A program made the translations under genes and the position numbers. A model generated the notes under the pieces. The model searched no databases. It saw only the letters and a list, made by a program, of their open reading frames with translations, and was not told the DNA's origin. DNA of 64,000 nucleotides from Bacillota bacterium (lineage in GTDB: Bacteria; Bacillota; Clostridia; Christensenellales; CAMQZB01), in contig JAWXUU010000007.1 in the NCBI GenBank assembly GCA_044426085.1, forward strand, positions 27,412-91,411. Reading direction: 5' to 3'. This document shows, piece by piece, positions 9,423 to 20,062 of the stretch. How positions within the stretch are numbered: the first letter of the stretch is position 1; every line of letters begins with the position of its first letter.

Positions 9423-9451
9423 AAAAAAAGGCTACTTCGTAGCCTTTTTTT
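9423..9451 (-). terminator. Terminator of purB (bidirectional form)
   Basis: A7, then GGCTAC ttc GTAGCC, then T7, immediately after the purB stop. Confidence 0.85.
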
Positions 9452-10883
9452 ACACTTCTATGCTCGTTTGAACATTTACGTTTTTATTTTTGTTTAGGAT
9501 TGGCAAAACATCTGTTTTTAGGAATCTTTCAACTTGTTTTGGGCAGAGGCCAATGAAGTTTTCTGCCTTTAAAATACCGTCTAGAATCGGATGAATCGGC
9601 GCGAAGAAATCGTCGGCTTTGATTCTTTCGATTAGGTCGTTTGGCATACCTTCCATTTTAACACGCTTTGTTGATTCCATAGAGTGAACACGGATTTGTT
9701 CGTGAGTGTCCTGACGGGAAAGTCCCGCTTTCACGCATTCCATGATGATAACTTCTGTCGCCATGAAAGGAAGTTCTTCGCTCAATCTTTTTGCAACAAC
9801 TTTTTCATAAACAACCATGCTTTCTGTTACGTTTATCATAAGGTTCAAAACTGCATCAGTTGCAAGGAATGCTTCTGTCACAGAAAGGCGTTTGTTTGCA
9901 CTGTCGTCCAAAGTTCTTTCAAACCATTGTGTTGATGCTGTGATTGAAGCGTTCATTGGAAGAGTTATCACAAATCTTGCGAGAGCTGAGATTCTTTCAC
10001 TGCGCATTGGGTTTCTTTTATACGCCATTGCAGAAGAGCCAACTTGAGTTTTTTCAAACGGTTCTTCCATTTCTTTCAAACCTTGCAAGATACGGATATC
10101 GTTTGAGAATTTATACGCACTTTGAGCAACGCCCGACAAAAGTGCAAGAAGTTTATAATCAAATTTTCTTGAATATGTTTGTCCTGTAACTGGGAATACT
10201 TTTGAATACCCCATTTTTTCAACAACTTTTTCTTCAAGCGCGAAAACTTTGTCGCTGTCGCCATCGAAAAGTTCCAAAAAGCTTGCTTGTGTGCCTGTTG
10301 TTCCTTTCACACCACGGAGTCTGTAACCATTTTGGATATCAATCAAATCTTGATAGTCGTCAAGGAAACCCGCAAGCCAAAGTGTTGCTCTTTTACCAAC
10401 TGTCACAAGTTGTGCTGGTTGGAAATGAGTGAAACCAAGGGCTGGAACTGATTTATATTTATCGGCAAAATCCGCAAGATTTTTCATTACTTGCAAGAGT
10501 TTTGTTTTGATAATATCAAGTGCTTCATAAGACACAATCAAATCTGTGTTGTCGCCAACGAAACAGCTTGTTGCACCCAAGTGAATGATCGGTGCTGCTG
10601 CAGGCGCTTGAAGACCATATGCATAGATGTGAGCCATGATGTCGTGACGAGTTTCTTTTTCTTTTGCGTGGGCAACATCAAGATTCAAATTGTTGATGTT
10701 TTCGCGAAGTTGAGAAACTTGCTCTTTTGTGATGTTAAGTCCAAGCTCCATTTCGCTTTCAGCAAGGGCTGTCCAAAGTTCGCGATGAATGATAATACGT
10801 TTTTCTTCAGAGAAAAGGTATTGCATTTCTTTGCTTGCGTATCTTGTTGAAAGTGGGCTTATATAGTTGTGATTATTTGACAT
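9450..10883 (-). CDS. purB: Adenylosuccinate lyase
   Basis: 477 aa of the fumarate-lyase superfamily, with signature GSSAMAYKRNP. Confidence 0.96.
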   Translation of the reverse strand: MSNNHNYISPLSTRYASKEMQYLFSEEKRIIIHRELWTALAESEMELGLNITKEQVSQLRENINNLNLDVAHAKEKETRHDIMAHIYAYGLQAPAAAPIIHLGATSCFVGDNTDLIVSYEALDIIKTKLLQVMKNLADFADKYKSVPALGFTHFQPAQLVTVGKRATLWLAGFLDDYQDLIDIQNGYRLRGVKGTTGTQASFLELFDGDSDKVFALEEKVVEKMGYSKVFPVTGQTYSRKFDYKLLALLSGVAQSAYKFSNDIRILQGLKEMEEPFEKTQVGSSAMAYKRNPMRSERISALARFVITLPMNASITASTQWFERTLDDSANKRLSVTEAFLATDAVLNLMINVTESMVVYEKVVAKRLSEELPFMATEVIIMECVKAGLSRQDTHEQIRVHSMESTKRVKMEGMPNDLIERIKADDFFAPIHPILDGILKAENFIGLCPKQVERFLKTDVLPILNKNKNVNVQTSIEV

Positions 10884-10908
10884 TGTTTATTTTTTCCTTT
10901 GTTTTGGA

Positions 10909-12189
10909 TTAATACATTGTGATGTACGCTTCTCTTTCTGGGCCTACTGAAACGTATTTGATTTTGCAATCTACCACTTGTTCGATATATTTGATGTAGT
11001 CTATCGCTTCTTTTGGCAAATCTTCTGGCTTTCTGCACCAGTTGATATCTGAGCACCAACCTTTCACATATTCGACAACAGGAGTTGCTTTATCAAGTTC
11101 GTCATTTGCAGGGAAATCTGTTCTTTTCACTCCGTCAATTTCGTATGCTACGCAAACTGGGATTTTTTCGAGAGTTGACAAAATGTCAAGTTTTGTGAGT
11201 GCAAGTTCGTCTGCACCTTGAACGAAACAGCCGTATTTTGAAGCAGGGATATCAAATCCGCCTACTCTTCTTGGTCTGCCTGTTGCTGCGCCAAATTCGC
11301 CACCTGCGTTTCTTAGCCCTTCACCATCTTCGCCGAAAAGTTCGCAAACAAATGGACCTTCGCCAACGCATGAAGAATATGCTTTCATGATACCGATTGT
11401 GTTTTGGATTTTGTGGTTAGGCACACCCGCACCAATTGGGCCATAAGCTGAAATTGTTGAAGATGATGATGTGAATGGATAGATACCAAAATCGATATCG
11501 CGAAGTGCGCCAAGTTGTGCTTCGAAAATGATTTCTTTGCCAGCTTTTGCAGATTCGTTTAGGAATTCGCCCGCGTCGCAGATATATGGTTTCAACATTT
11601 CGCCATAAGTTGTTAGCCACTGCAAAATAGCTTTTGTGCTGACAGCTTCGTGTTTATATCCACCTTCAACAGTGATGTTTTTCCATTCTACGATATCGGC
11701 AAGTTTGCTTTCCAAAGTTTCAGGATAAAGAAGATCACTCATTCTTAGGTTCTTTTTCATATATTTATCAGCATAAACTGGCGCGATACCCCTTCTTGTT
11801 GAACCGAATTTTTTGTCGGCAAGTCTGTCTTCTTCAAGACAGTCCATAAGAACGTGGTATGGCATGCAGATTGATGCTTTGTTTGAAATTTTCAAGTTGT
11901 TTGGTGTGATAACAATACCGCCAGCTTGAAGTCTTCCGATTTCTTCGTTAAGGTGTTTCAAATCGATAACCATTCCGTTACCCATAACATTAACAACATC
12001 TTCACGCAAAATTCCTGATGGAATCAAGTTCAGAATAAACTTGCCCCTTTCATTCACAACTGTGTGACCAGCGTTGTTTCCGCCTTGATAACGCACGACG
12101 ATGTCAGCGTCCTTTGATAGCAAATCTACCATTCTACCTTTTCCTTCGTCGCCCCAATTGATTCCAACTATTGCAGTTAACATGTTCAA
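10909..12189 (-). CDS. purA: Adenylosuccinate synthetase
   Basis: N-terminal GINWGDEGKGRMVD and GGNNAGHTV, plus GTTGRGIAP-like STRRGIAPVY. Confidence 0.97.
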   Translation of the reverse strand: MNMLTAIVGINWGDEGKGRMVDLLSKDADIVVRYQGGNNAGHTVVNERGKFILNLIPSGILREDVVNVMGNGMVIDLKHLNEEIGRLQAGGIVITPNNLKISNKASICMPYHVLMDCLEEDRLADKKFGSTRRGIAPVYADKYMKKNLRMSDLLYPETLESKLADIVEWKNITVEGGYKHEAVSTKAILQWLTTYGEMLKPYICDAGEFLNESAKAGKEIIFEAQLGALRDIDFGIYPFTSSSSTISAYGPIGAGVPNHKIQNTIGIMKAYSSCVGEGPFVCELFGEDGEGLRNAGGEFGAATGRPRRVGGFDIPASKYGCFVQGADELALTKLDILSTLEKIPVCVAYEIDGVKRTDFPANDELDKATPVVEYVKGWCSDINWCRKPEDLPKEAIDYIKYIEQVVDCKIKYVSVGPEREAYITMY

Positions 12190-12237
12190 TACCTCTTTTT
12201 ATTTTCGTTGTTATGATTGCACATCAATAACTTATTT

Positions 12238-12266
12238 ATTATACATTATTTTTTGTGTTTTGTAAA
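12238..12266 (-). promoter_or_regulatory. Candidate sigma-A promoter for purA-purB
   Basis: Minus strand reads TTTACA, a 17-nt spacer, then TATAAT. Confidence 0.55.
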
Positions 12267-12323
12267 ACTTTATCAGCTATTTTTTTCGCAAAATAGCTTA
12301 GACTTTCTTTATTTGTGCGGTTT

Positions 12324-12665
12324 TTATGAATTTTTGTCCACCACATGGAAAGTTTTTAAGTTGCCAATTTTTGCACGCCTTTCTTCCAGCACTTCCGCCA
12401 CGTCTGCTATGTCAAGATTTTGGTTTGCCATCAGTACCAACATGTGATACAAAAGGTCGCAAATTTCGTTTTTCAATTCGATATTATCGTTGTTTTTTGA
12501 TGCGATAATCATCTCGGAACATTCTTCACCACACTTTTTTAAAATCTTATCAAGACCTTTTTCGAAAAGGTAGCATGTGTATGACCCCTCTTCTTTTGTG
12601 GTTTTTCTTTCTTTCACGATTTCGTATAAATCGTTTAAAACTTTCATATCAGTTTTGTTTTCCAT
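12324..12665 (-). CDS. hisE: Phosphoribosyl-ATP pyrophosphatase (stand-alone HisE)
   Basis: 113 aa, MazG-like (SYTCYLFEKGLDKILKKCGEE...DLLYHMLVLM). Not fused to hisI. Confidence 0.9.
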   Translation of the reverse strand: MENKTDMKVLNDLYEIVKERKTTKEEGSYTCYLFEKGLDKILKKCGEECSEMIIASKNNDNIELKNEICDLLYHMLVLMANQNLDIADVAEVLEERRAKIGNLKTFHVVDKNS

Positions 12666-12667
12666 CT

Positions 12668-12994
12668 TTACTCCCCTTTATAAATCTCGTTGAAAAAACA
12701 GCTTTTTTTGCCTGTGTGGCATGCAATTCCACCGATTTGAACCACTTCCACAAGAAGTGTGTCGTCGTCGCAATCACCTGTTATTTTTATAACTTTTTGC
12801 AAGTTTCCTGATGTTGCACCCTTGTTCCAAAGCTCTTGTCTTGAGCGCGAATAAAACCATGTGTAGCCCGTTTCTAGGGTTTTTTGCATGCTTTCTTCGT
12901 TCATATACGCAAGCATCAAAACTTCGTTTGTGCCCGTTTCTGTGACAATTGTGGGAATAAGATTAGATTTTGCAAAGTATTTTGAAATATCCAT
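12668..12994 (-). CDS. hisI: Phosphoribosyl-AMP cyclohydrolase (stand-alone HisI)
   Basis: [16 protein letters not shown]...DCDDDTLL...CHTGKKSCF. Confidence 0.93.
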   Translation of the reverse strand: MDISKYFAKSNLIPTIVTETGTNEVLMLAYMNEESMQKTLETGYTWFYSRSRQELWNKGATSGNLQKVIKITGDCDDDTLLVEVVQIGGIACHTGKKSCFFNEIYKGE

Positions 12995-13022
12995 ATTTCT
13001 CCTTTTTTGCTTATTGATTTTT

Positions 13023-13781
13023 TTATATTCTTGCGGGAATATTATTTTCTTTCAGATGTTCTTTCACTTGCGAAACTGTAAGTTCGCGATAGTGGAAAAG
13101 CGATGCGGCAAGTGCGGCATCTGCCGTTGTTTTTTGGAAAACTTCTGAAAAGTGTTCAAGTTTTCCGCACCCGCCCGATGCGATGACAGGGATTGTGACA
13201 GCCGAGCAGATTGCATTCAAAAGATCGATATCAAAGCCGTTTTTTGTGCCGTCGGCATCCATTGATGTAAGCAAAATTTCGCCACAACCAAGTGATTGAA
13301 CTTTCTTTGCCCACTTTATTGCATCAAGACCCGTATCGATTCTTCCGCCGTTCACGACAACTGTGTAGCCACCGTCTTCACGCTTTCTTGCATCGATTGC
13401 AACAACCACACATTGGTTGCCAAATTTGTCTGCTGCTTCAGAAATTAAGCTTGGATTTCTTACTGCGGAAGAATTGACAGACACTTTATCTGCCCCCGCA
13501 CGCAAGAGTGCTGTGAAATCTTCAATTGTGGAAATTCCACCGCCAACTGTTAGTGGCGCAAAAACTTGCTTTGCGGTTTCTTTCACAACGTCCACCATGG
13601 TTTTTCTGCCTTCGTGGGTTGCTGTTATATCAAGAAAGACGATTTCGTCGGCACCTTGGTCGTTATACATTTTTGCACATTCAACGGGGTCGCCAACGTC
13701 TTTTATTCCTACAAAATTTATGCCTTTAACTACTCTGCCATCGCGGACGTCTAGGCATGGGATGATTCTTTTTGCTAGCAT
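13023..13781 (-). CDS. hisF: Imidazole glycerol phosphate synthase cyclase subunit
   Basis: [17 protein letters not shown]...GGGI...ASGG, TIM-barrel HisF pattern. Confidence 0.96.
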   Translation of the reverse strand: MLAKRIIPCLDVRDGRVVKGINFVGIKDVGDPVECAKMYNDQGADEIVFLDITATHEGRKTMVDVVKETAKQVFAPLTVGGGISTIEDFTALLRAGADKVSVNSSAVRNPSLISEAADKFGNQCVVVAIDARKREDGGYTVVVNGGRIDTGLDAIKWAKKVQSLGCGEILLTSMDADGTKNGFDIDLLNAICSAVTIPVIASGGCGKLEHFSEVFQKTTADAALAASLFHYRELTVSQVKEHLKENNIPARI

Positions 13782-14503
13782 TTCACACCGCCTTTGCTTA
13801 TGCGGATTGCTTCAGACAAATCAAGCGTGCCTTTATAAAGGGATTTTCCGCAGATTGTGCCGTACATATCAAGGTTTGTGAGATTTTGAATGTCACCAAT
13901 GTTGGCAATCCCACCGCTTGCGATTATGTTGCATGAAACTGCTTTGTTGATTGCGTCAAGTTGCACAAGGTTTGGACCTTGAAGTGTGCCGTCTTTTGAA
14001 ATGTCGGTGAACACGATGTTTTTCACGCCGACATCTTCCATAGCTTTTGCAAGATCAATATAGTTCACATTGCTTGATTCAAGCCAACCTTCCGCCATAA
14101 CCATTTCGTTTAGTGCGTCGATACCAACCACGATTTTATCGCCAAATTCTTTCACGGCTTCCGCCACAAGACTTGGATTTTTCACTGCGATTGACCCAAG
14201 GATAACCCTTGAAACACCGCTTGAAAGATATTGCTCGCACGTTTTTAAATCGCGAATACCACCGCCAACTTGCAGTGACAAATTTGTTTGATTTGCTATT
14301 TCAACAAACACATGGGTGTTGATTCTTTTGCCGAATTTTGCACCGTCCAAATCCACCATATGAAGGTGCGTTGCACCAGCTTTTTCAAAGCCCATTGCTG
14401 TTTCAAGTGGATTTTCGGCAACTTTTTCAACTGTGCCAAAGTCACCTTTCAAAAGGCGGACACAATTGCCTTCTATTATATCTATTGCTGGAAAAATTAT
14501 CAT
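13775..14503 (-). CDS. hisA: ProFAR isomerase
   Basis: [17 protein letters not shown]...VGGGIR...ASGGI. The ATG at 14503 forms an ATGA overlap with the hisH stop. Confidence 0.95.
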   Translation of the reverse strand: MIIFPAIDIIEGNCVRLLKGDFGTVEKVAENPLETAMGFEKAGATHLHMVDLDGAKFGKRINTHVFVEIANQTNLSLQVGGGIRDLKTCEQYLSSGVSRVILGSIAVKNPSLVAEAVKEFGDKIVVGIDALNEMVMAEGWLESSNVNYIDLAKAMEDVGVKNIVFTDISKDGTLQGPNLVQLDAINKAVSCNIIASGGIANIGDIQNLTNLDMYGTICGKSLYKGTLDLSEAIRISKGGVKC

Positions 14504-15114
14504 TTTGCACCCCCGCTTGCCAAATTCCAAAAGTTGGTTAGCATTTTAAGCCCTACTTCGCCTGATTTTTCAGGGTGAAATTGCGTGCCAAACACGTTGC
14601 CATTTTGCACAACACCAGTGATTTTTTCGCCGTATGACGCGACAGCAGAGATATATTTTTTGTCGGTATACGCCATATATGAATGCACAAAATATACGTG
14701 TTCGCCTTCTTTCACACCTTGCAAAAGACTGCTTTCGTTTGTTATTTCAAGGTTGTTCCAACCCATGTGCGGAATTTTGAGACCGCAGTTTGGGATTGGT
14801 TTGATTTCGCCAGGGATAAGACCAAGCCCTGCAACTTTTTCAAATTCGTAGCTTGTTTCAAACAACATTTGCATGCCAAGGCATATGCCAAGCAAGGGTT
14901 TTTTTGTTGTTTGCTCTTTCAAAAATTCTGCTAGTCCTGTGGCATTGAGCATTTGCATGGCTTTTGGGAAAGCGCCAACGCCAGGGAGAATTATTCCACT
15001 TGCACTTTCGATTTCTTCTTTGTTTGAAGTGATTATGTTTGGTATTTTCAGAAAATCAAGTGCGTTTTTCACACTGAATAGATTCCCCGCACCGTAATCG
15101 ATTATTGCTATCAT
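14500..15114 (-). CDS. hisH: Imidazole glycerol phosphate synthase glutaminase subunit
   Basis: Class I GATase: LPGVGAF, GICLGMQ, FHPEKS. Confidence 0.95.
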   Translation of the reverse strand: MIAIIDYGAGNLFSVKNALDFLKIPNIITSNKEEIESASGIILPGVGAFPKAMQMLNATGLAEFLKEQTTKKPLLGICLGMQMLFETSYEFEKVAGLGLIPGEIKPIPNCGLKIPHMGWNNLEITNESSLLQGVKEGEHVYFVHSYMAYTDKKYISAVASYGEKITGVVQNGNVFGTQFHPEKSGEVGLKMLTNFWNLASGGAK

Positions 15115-15125
15115 GTTTATCCTTA

Positions 15126-15701
15126 TTATATTACGCCTTTTGTTGAAAGGTCTTTATCTGCTGTGATTTTTACTGCAGTTTTGAGCGCGTGCGCCACCGC
15201 TTTGAAGATTCCTTCGAGTTTGTGGTGGTCATTTTTGCCATACATCAAGTTGATATGAAGAGTTATTCCGCCATTAAAAGCAAACGCACGGAAGAATTCT
15301 TCGCACATTTGATTGTCGAAATCGCCTGTTTTATCTGATGAGAATTCCGCATTAAAGACGAGATATGGGCGGTTTGAAATGTCTAGCGTTGCCATTGCGA
15401 GTGCTTCATCCATTGGGATTTGGGCAGAGCCGTATCTTGTTATGCCCGCTTTTGAAAACACTGCCTCGTTGAAAGCTTTGCCAAGCACTATGCCGACATC
15501 TTCAATTGTGTGGTGGCAATCGACATAAAGGTCGCCCTTGCAAGAAATTTCCATACCAATACCAGAGTGCACTGAAAGTGCTGTTAGCATGTGATCAAAA
15601 AAGCCTACGCCTGTGTTTATTGATGTTTCGCCACCGTCTAGGTTGATTTTCACTGAAATATCAGTTTCTTTTGTTTGTCTTTTAATTTCTGAAACCCTCA
15701 T
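15126..15701 (-). CDS. hisB: Imidazoleglycerol-phosphate dehydratase
   Basis: 191 aa, monofunctional: TKETDISV..., DCHHTIEDVGI, NDHHKLEGIFKA. Confidence 0.95.
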   Translation of the reverse strand: MRVSEIKRQTKETDISVKINLDGGETSINTGVGFFDHMLTALSVHSGIGMEISCKGDLYVDCHHTIEDVGIVLGKAFNEAVFSKAGITRYGSAQIPMDEALAMATLDISNRPYLVFNAEFSSDKTGDFDNQMCEEFFRAFAFNGGITLHINLMYGKNDHHKLEGIFKAVAHALKTAVKITADKDLSTKGVI

Positions 15702-15710
15702 AATAATCTC

Positions 15711-16760
15711 CTATAAAATTATTTTAAGCTGAGAAAGAAGCTGTTTGTTTTCTTCCTTCGTGCCACAAGTTATTCTTAGATACTTTTTAAAGTTTCTCAC
15801 AACAATTGATTCTTCTTTCAATTTTTCAAAGATTTCCGTTGCAAAGTCTGTTTTGATAAATACGAAATTCGTTTGCGTTTTATAGACTTTCTCTATTTTA
15901 TCGCTGTTTTTTGCAAGTGTTATGATTTCTTGATAAAGAAGTTTTGTTTCGCTTATTATTTCAGCTGTTTTTTCCTTCAAACTTTCTGGGTTTGAATATA
16001 TAACTTCGCCGATTTTTTGCGTTATTGCGTCCATATTATATGGGGATTTTGCAGATCTTAGCGCCGTTGTGATTGTTTTGTTTGCGATTGCAAATCCAAG
16101 GCGAATACCCGCAAGACCAACCGCTTTTGACGATGTTTTCAAGATGATAAGATTGTCGTACTTCTCAACTTCTGAAAGCAAACTTTGATCCCAAAAATCC
16201 ATGTATGCTTCGTCGAGAACAACGAGTGCATCTGACGCTGTGATGATTTTTCTTACATCTTCTTTTTTTAGACCAACTGATGTTGGATTGCATGGGTTTG
16301 AAAAAATCACCATGTCGATTTTATTGTTTTTTAGATAGTTGCTAACATCATCTGTTCTCACGCACATATCTTCATCTTTTTCGATTGAAATAATGTCGCA
16401 ACCCGCAATCACGCCGTAGAATTTATACATTGAAAATTCGGGAGTTACCACCAAAATTTTCATGCCGTTTTCTAGGAAACTTCCGCAAATAACTGAAATG
16501 AGTTCGTCAGAACCGTTTCCAACTGTGACAAAATCGGGATTGATTTGATATGCAGATGCGTATTTTTCTGTTAGTGCACTGCAAGTTGGGTCGGGATATC
16601 TGTTGAGTGGGATTTTTGCGATTTCTTCAGATATTGTTGCCATTTCTTCTTCTGAAAGGGTGAAATAGCTTTCGTTTGCGTCGAGTCTTATTTTATAATC
16701 ACCACTTATTGGGTCATACGGTGTTAAGTTTCTTAATTTTCTTATTAGTTGATACGCCAT
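15711..16760 (-). CDS. hisC: Histidinol-phosphate aminotransferase
   Basis: Class II aminotransferase with PLP lysine context ILKTSSKAVGLAGIRLG. Sits in the his operon. Confidence 0.92.
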   Translation of the reverse strand: MAYQLIRKLRNLTPYDPISGDYKIRLDANESYFTLSEEEMATISEEIAKIPLNRYPDPTCSALTEKYASAYQINPDFVTVGNGSDELISVICGSFLENGMKILVVTPEFSMYKFYGVIAGCDIISIEKDEDMCVRTDDVSNYLKNNKIDMVIFSNPCNPTSVGLKKEDVRKIITASDALVVLDEAYMDFWDQSLLSEVEKYDNLIILKTSSKAVGLAGIRLGFAIANKTITTALRSAKSPYNMDAITQKIGEVIYSNPESLKEKTAEIISETKLLYQEIITLAKNSDKIEKVYKTQTNFVFIKTDFATEIFEKLKEESIVVRNFKKYLRITCGTKEENKQLLSQLKIIL

Positions 16761-16770
16761 TGATGTCTCC

Positions 16771-18063
16771 TTAGAACCTTACTTTTATTGAGTTTGCGTG
16801 AGCTGATAGCCCTTCTTTATCTGCGATTGTGATGATGTCTTCTTTTGCGATTTCAAGCGCTTCTTTTGTGTAGTAGATATAGCTTGTTTTTTTGATAAAG
16901 CTGTCCACTGAAAGGGGTGAGAAAAATCTTGCTGTGCCCGATGTTGGCAAGACGTGGTTTGGGCCTGCATAATAATCGCCAAGCGCTTCTGGGGCGTATT
17001 CGCCAAGGAAGATTGAACCCGCGTTGTCAAGTCTGCCAAGATATTGCATTGGGTTTTCAAGCATGACTTCAAGGTGTTCTGGGGCGATTTCGTTTGCAAG
17101 ATTCACAGCTTCTTCTTCGGTTTTGCAAACGATGATTGTGCCGTAGTCTTTAAGCGACTGTCTTATGATATCCTTTCTTGAAAGGGTTTCTGATTGAATT
17201 TCAAGTTGTTTGATTGTTTCTTTTGCCACGTTTTCGCAAGTTGTCACCAAAATACTGCTTGCAAGAACGTCGTGTTCTGCTTGTCCCATAAGGTCTGATG
17301 CGATGAATTTTGGGTTTGCGTTTTTATCTGCTAGCACCAAAATTTCACTTGGGCCTGCAATCATATCGATATCAACTGTTCCAAACAAAATCTTTTTCGC
17401 TGTTGCAACAAATATATTGCCAGGGCCGACGATTTTATCGACTTTTGGCACTGTTTCTGTTCCGAAAGCTAGCGCGCCAACCGCTTGAGCACCGCCGAGA
17501 AGGAATATTTTGTGAACACCGCAAAGTGCTGCTGCAACCAAGATATCAGGGTTTGCTTTGCCTTCTTTTGTTGGTGGTGTGACCATGATAATTTCTTTCA
17601 CACCCGCGATAACCGCTGGGATTGCGTTCATGAGAACTGACGAAGGATACGCGGCTGTGCCACCAGGAACATAAAGTCCAACGCGTTTTAAACCGCGGAT
17701 TCTTTGACCCATAATAACGCCGTTTTCCTTTGCATCGATATAGCTTTGTTGGATTTGTCGAGAGTGGAAATCTTTTATGTTTGCAATAGCGTTTTTGAGC
17801 GCTGAAACGAATTTTTCATCGGCATTATTCACCGCTTCTGTTATTTCTTCTTTTGAAACTTCGATTTGTGAAGGCACTTTGCCATCGAATTTTTCTGTGT
17901 ATTTAATAACTGCACTGTCGCCGTTTTCTTTCACGTCTTGCAAAATATCTTCGACAATTTGGTTTACTTTTTTATCGACTTCCGCGCTTCTTGCTTTCAA
18001 GTTTTTTAATGCTTCAAATTCAACTTTTCCGTCTGCTTTTATTATATTTATCATATTATTCAC
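16771..18063 (-). CDS. hisD: Histidinol dehydrogenase
   Basis: 430 aa: GPGNIFVATAK, AGPSEILV, QAEHD. Confidence 0.96.
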   Translation of the reverse strand: MNNMINIIKADGKVEFEALKNLKARSAEVDKKVNQIVEDILQDVKENGDSAVIKYTEKFDGKVPSQIEVSKEEITEAVNNADEKFVSALKNAIANIKDFHSRQIQQSYIDAKENGVIMGQRIRGLKRVGLYVPGGTAAYPSSVLMNAIPAVIAGVKEIIMVTPPTKEGKANPDILVAAALCGVHKIFLLGGAQAVGALAFGTETVPKVDKIVGPGNIFVATAKKILFGTVDIDMIAGPSEILVLADKNANPKFIASDLMGQAEHDVLASSILVTTCENVAKETIKQLEIQSETLSRKDIIRQSLKDYGTIIVCKTEEEAVNLANEIAPEHLEVMLENPMQYLGRLDNAGSIFLGEYAPEALGDYYAGPNHVLPTSGTARFFSPLSVDSFIKKTSYIYYTKEALEIAKEDIITIADKEGLSAHANSIKVRF

Positions 18064-18694
18064 CTTTGTTTGCTGACTTTTCCATTATTGTTATTAGATT
18101 TTCAATTTCCTTTTTGCGAAGTTTTAAACTTGCGCCGTTCACGATTAATCTTGCTGAAATTTTTGCAACGTCTTCGATAACTTCAAGTCCGTTTTCTTTC
18201 AGCGTTGAGCCAGTTTCAACTATGTCGACAATGGCATCTGCAAGTCCGATAAGCGGGGCGAGTTCTACACTGCCTTCGATTTTCACGATTGAGATATCCA
18301 TATCTTTTGATTTGAAAAATGCGTTTGCCACGTTTGGATATTTTGTTGCTATGGTTTTTTCGCCATAACCTGCATATAAATCCGCACCCTTTGTTGATGC
18401 AACTGCAAACTTGCACACACCAAACCCAAGATCCAAAACTTCGAAAAAGCTTCCGCCGTATTCCATGATTGTATCTTTGCCAACAACGCCAAGATCACAC
18501 ACGCCGTGTTCTACATACGTGATAACATCGGCGGCTTTTGCAAGCACAACTTCTAAGTTCAAATCGGGAATTTCTAAAATCAACTTTCTGCCCTTGTTTT
18601 CTATTGCACTGCAATCGTAGCCTGAATTTTTTAAAAGTGCGATTGTATCTTTTTCCAATCTGCCTTTTGTTAGTGCTATTCTTATTGGTTTCAT
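18056..18694 (-). CDS. hisG: ATP phosphoribosyltransferase, short form
   Basis: 212 aa, short HisG (RIALTKGRL..., DIVETGSTLKENGL), paired with hisZ. Confidence 0.93.
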   Translation of the reverse strand: MKPIRIALTKGRLEKDTIALLKNSGYDCSAIENKGRKLILEIPDLNLEVVLAKAADVITYVEHGVCDLGVVGKDTIMEYGGSFFEVLDLGFGVCKFAVASTKGADLYAGYGEKTIATKYPNVANAFFKSKDMDISIVKIEGSVELAPLIGLADAIVDIVETGSTLKENGLEVIEDVAKISARLIVNGASLKLRKKEIENLITIMEKSANKGE

Positions 18695-19893
18695 AGTGCA
18701 CCTACCCTTTTGAGCTGAACTTCTTCTGCCACGATATATATATTTTCAATGTTTTTTTGTTTTGCATATTCCACAGCTTCGTTAACGCTTTCCAAAATGC
18801 AATTTTCAACGATAAGACCCGCTTTTATCAGTGCTTTTGCTTGCAAAAGGGCTTTCATTTCATACCCCGCTTCGCCAAACACAAGAACTTTTGAAACTTC
18901 AGCTTTCACGTTTTTGTTTTTATCAAGAATATATTTTGAAACTGCGTCTACATCTATTGCAAAGCCGATTGCGGGCAAGTCCTCGCCGAAATCTTTAAGC
19001 AAGTTATCGTATCTTCCGCCTGAAACAACTGCGTCGCCATGACCTTGGATATAGCCCCTGAAAATTATTCCTGAATAATAATCTGTTCTGTTCACCATGC
19101 CGAGATCAACGGATATTTTATCAGACAATCCGAGTTTTGTGATGTCGTCATATATGCCTTGAAGATAGCAAAGCAGTTCGTTGATTTGACTGTCGCCAAA
19201 AAGTTCCTTTGCAACGGAGAAAACTTCGTCGCCACCGAAAAGTCTTGGTAATTGTTTTAGCATATAACAATATTTTGAATCGCCAATTTCGTCGAGAGCA
19301 TCGTTGAGCGCTGGATAGTTTTTGTTTTCGATAAGGCTTCTCAATTTTTCGATAGTGCTTTTTGAAACGCCGAGTTTTTGTGCCAAGATTTTGAATATTC
19401 CGATATGACCAATTTCTATTGTGAAGTTTTCAATGCCACAGCCTTCCAAAACTTCCACCGTTGTGAACAAAACTTCAAGGTCGCCACGCTTTGAAGAGTT
19501 GCCAATTATTTCTATGCCAGATTGCACAACTTCGTTTGTCTTGCCCCTTAGCGCTTTTTCCGATGCGTACATTTTTTGATTGTAGCAAAGCCTTATTGGT
19601 TTCACTTCTGATTTTAATCTTGTTGAAGCAAGCCTTGCGATTGGCAATGTTGAATCAGGTCTGAGGGCGATAAGCCTTCCGTGGCTGTCGCAAAATTTAT
19701 ACATTTTGTCGCTGTTGATATACCCTGTTTGCACGTTGAATACATCCAAAAATTCTACAGTTGGGGTTATCACTTGGGAAAAACCCCTGCTCTTATACAT
19801 CTGCAAAAGTGTGGATTCCACAAACCCACGCGTTTCACATTCTTCAAACAGAAGGTCTTTCATGCCTTCTGGAGTTATCAATTTGTTGTTCAT
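18691..19893 (-). CDS. hisZ: ATP phosphoribosyltransferase regulatory subunit (HisRS paralogue)
   Basis: 400 aa, class II aaRS-like core (RLCYNQKMYA, GGRYDNLL) without an anticodon domain. ATGA overlap with hisG. Confidence 0.88.
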   Translation of the reverse strand: MNNKLITPEGMKDLLFEECETRGFVESTLLQMYKSRGFSQVITPTVEFLDVFNVQTGYINSDKMYKFCDSHGRLIALRPDSTLPIARLASTRLKSEVKPIRLCYNQKMYASEKALRGKTNEVVQSGIEIIGNSSKRGDLEVLFTTVEVLEGCGIENFTIEIGHIGIFKILAQKLGVSKSTIEKLRSLIENKNYPALNDALDEIGDSKYCYMLKQLPRLFGGDEVFSVAKELFGDSQINELLCYLQGIYDDITKLGLSDKISVDLGMVNRTDYYSGIIFRGYIQGHGDAVVSGGRYDNLLKDFGEDLPAIGFAIDVDAVSKYILDKNKNVKAEVSKVLVFGEAGYEMKALLQAKALIKAGLIVENCILESVNEAVEYAKQKNIENIYIVAEEVQLKRVGAL

Positions 19894-19958
19894 TTCCGTT
19901 CTTTCCTTTAGTTTCTTTATCTACACTTCAATGTGATAAAGTGATATAATATAATAGT

Positions 19959-19987
19959 ATTCTATCATTGTAAGTTTCAAAAGTCAA
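19959..19987 (-). promoter_or_regulatory. Sigma-A promoter of the his operon
   Basis: Minus strand reads TTGACT (19987-19982), a 17-nt spacer, then TAGAAT (19964-19959). The leader to the hisZ ATG is about 58 nt. Confidence 0.6.
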
Positions 19988-20062
19988 GTATTTTTTTATA
20001 ACTTCATCACGATAAAGTGCTTTTACGCGATAAAAATGTGATAAAGCTGTTTTTATTTTTTG

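Noticed and set aside
13417-13881. 154-aa plus-strand ORF.
   Set aside because: It lies entirely antisense to hisF/hisA, which have unambiguous homology. It is a shadow ORF with no RBS.
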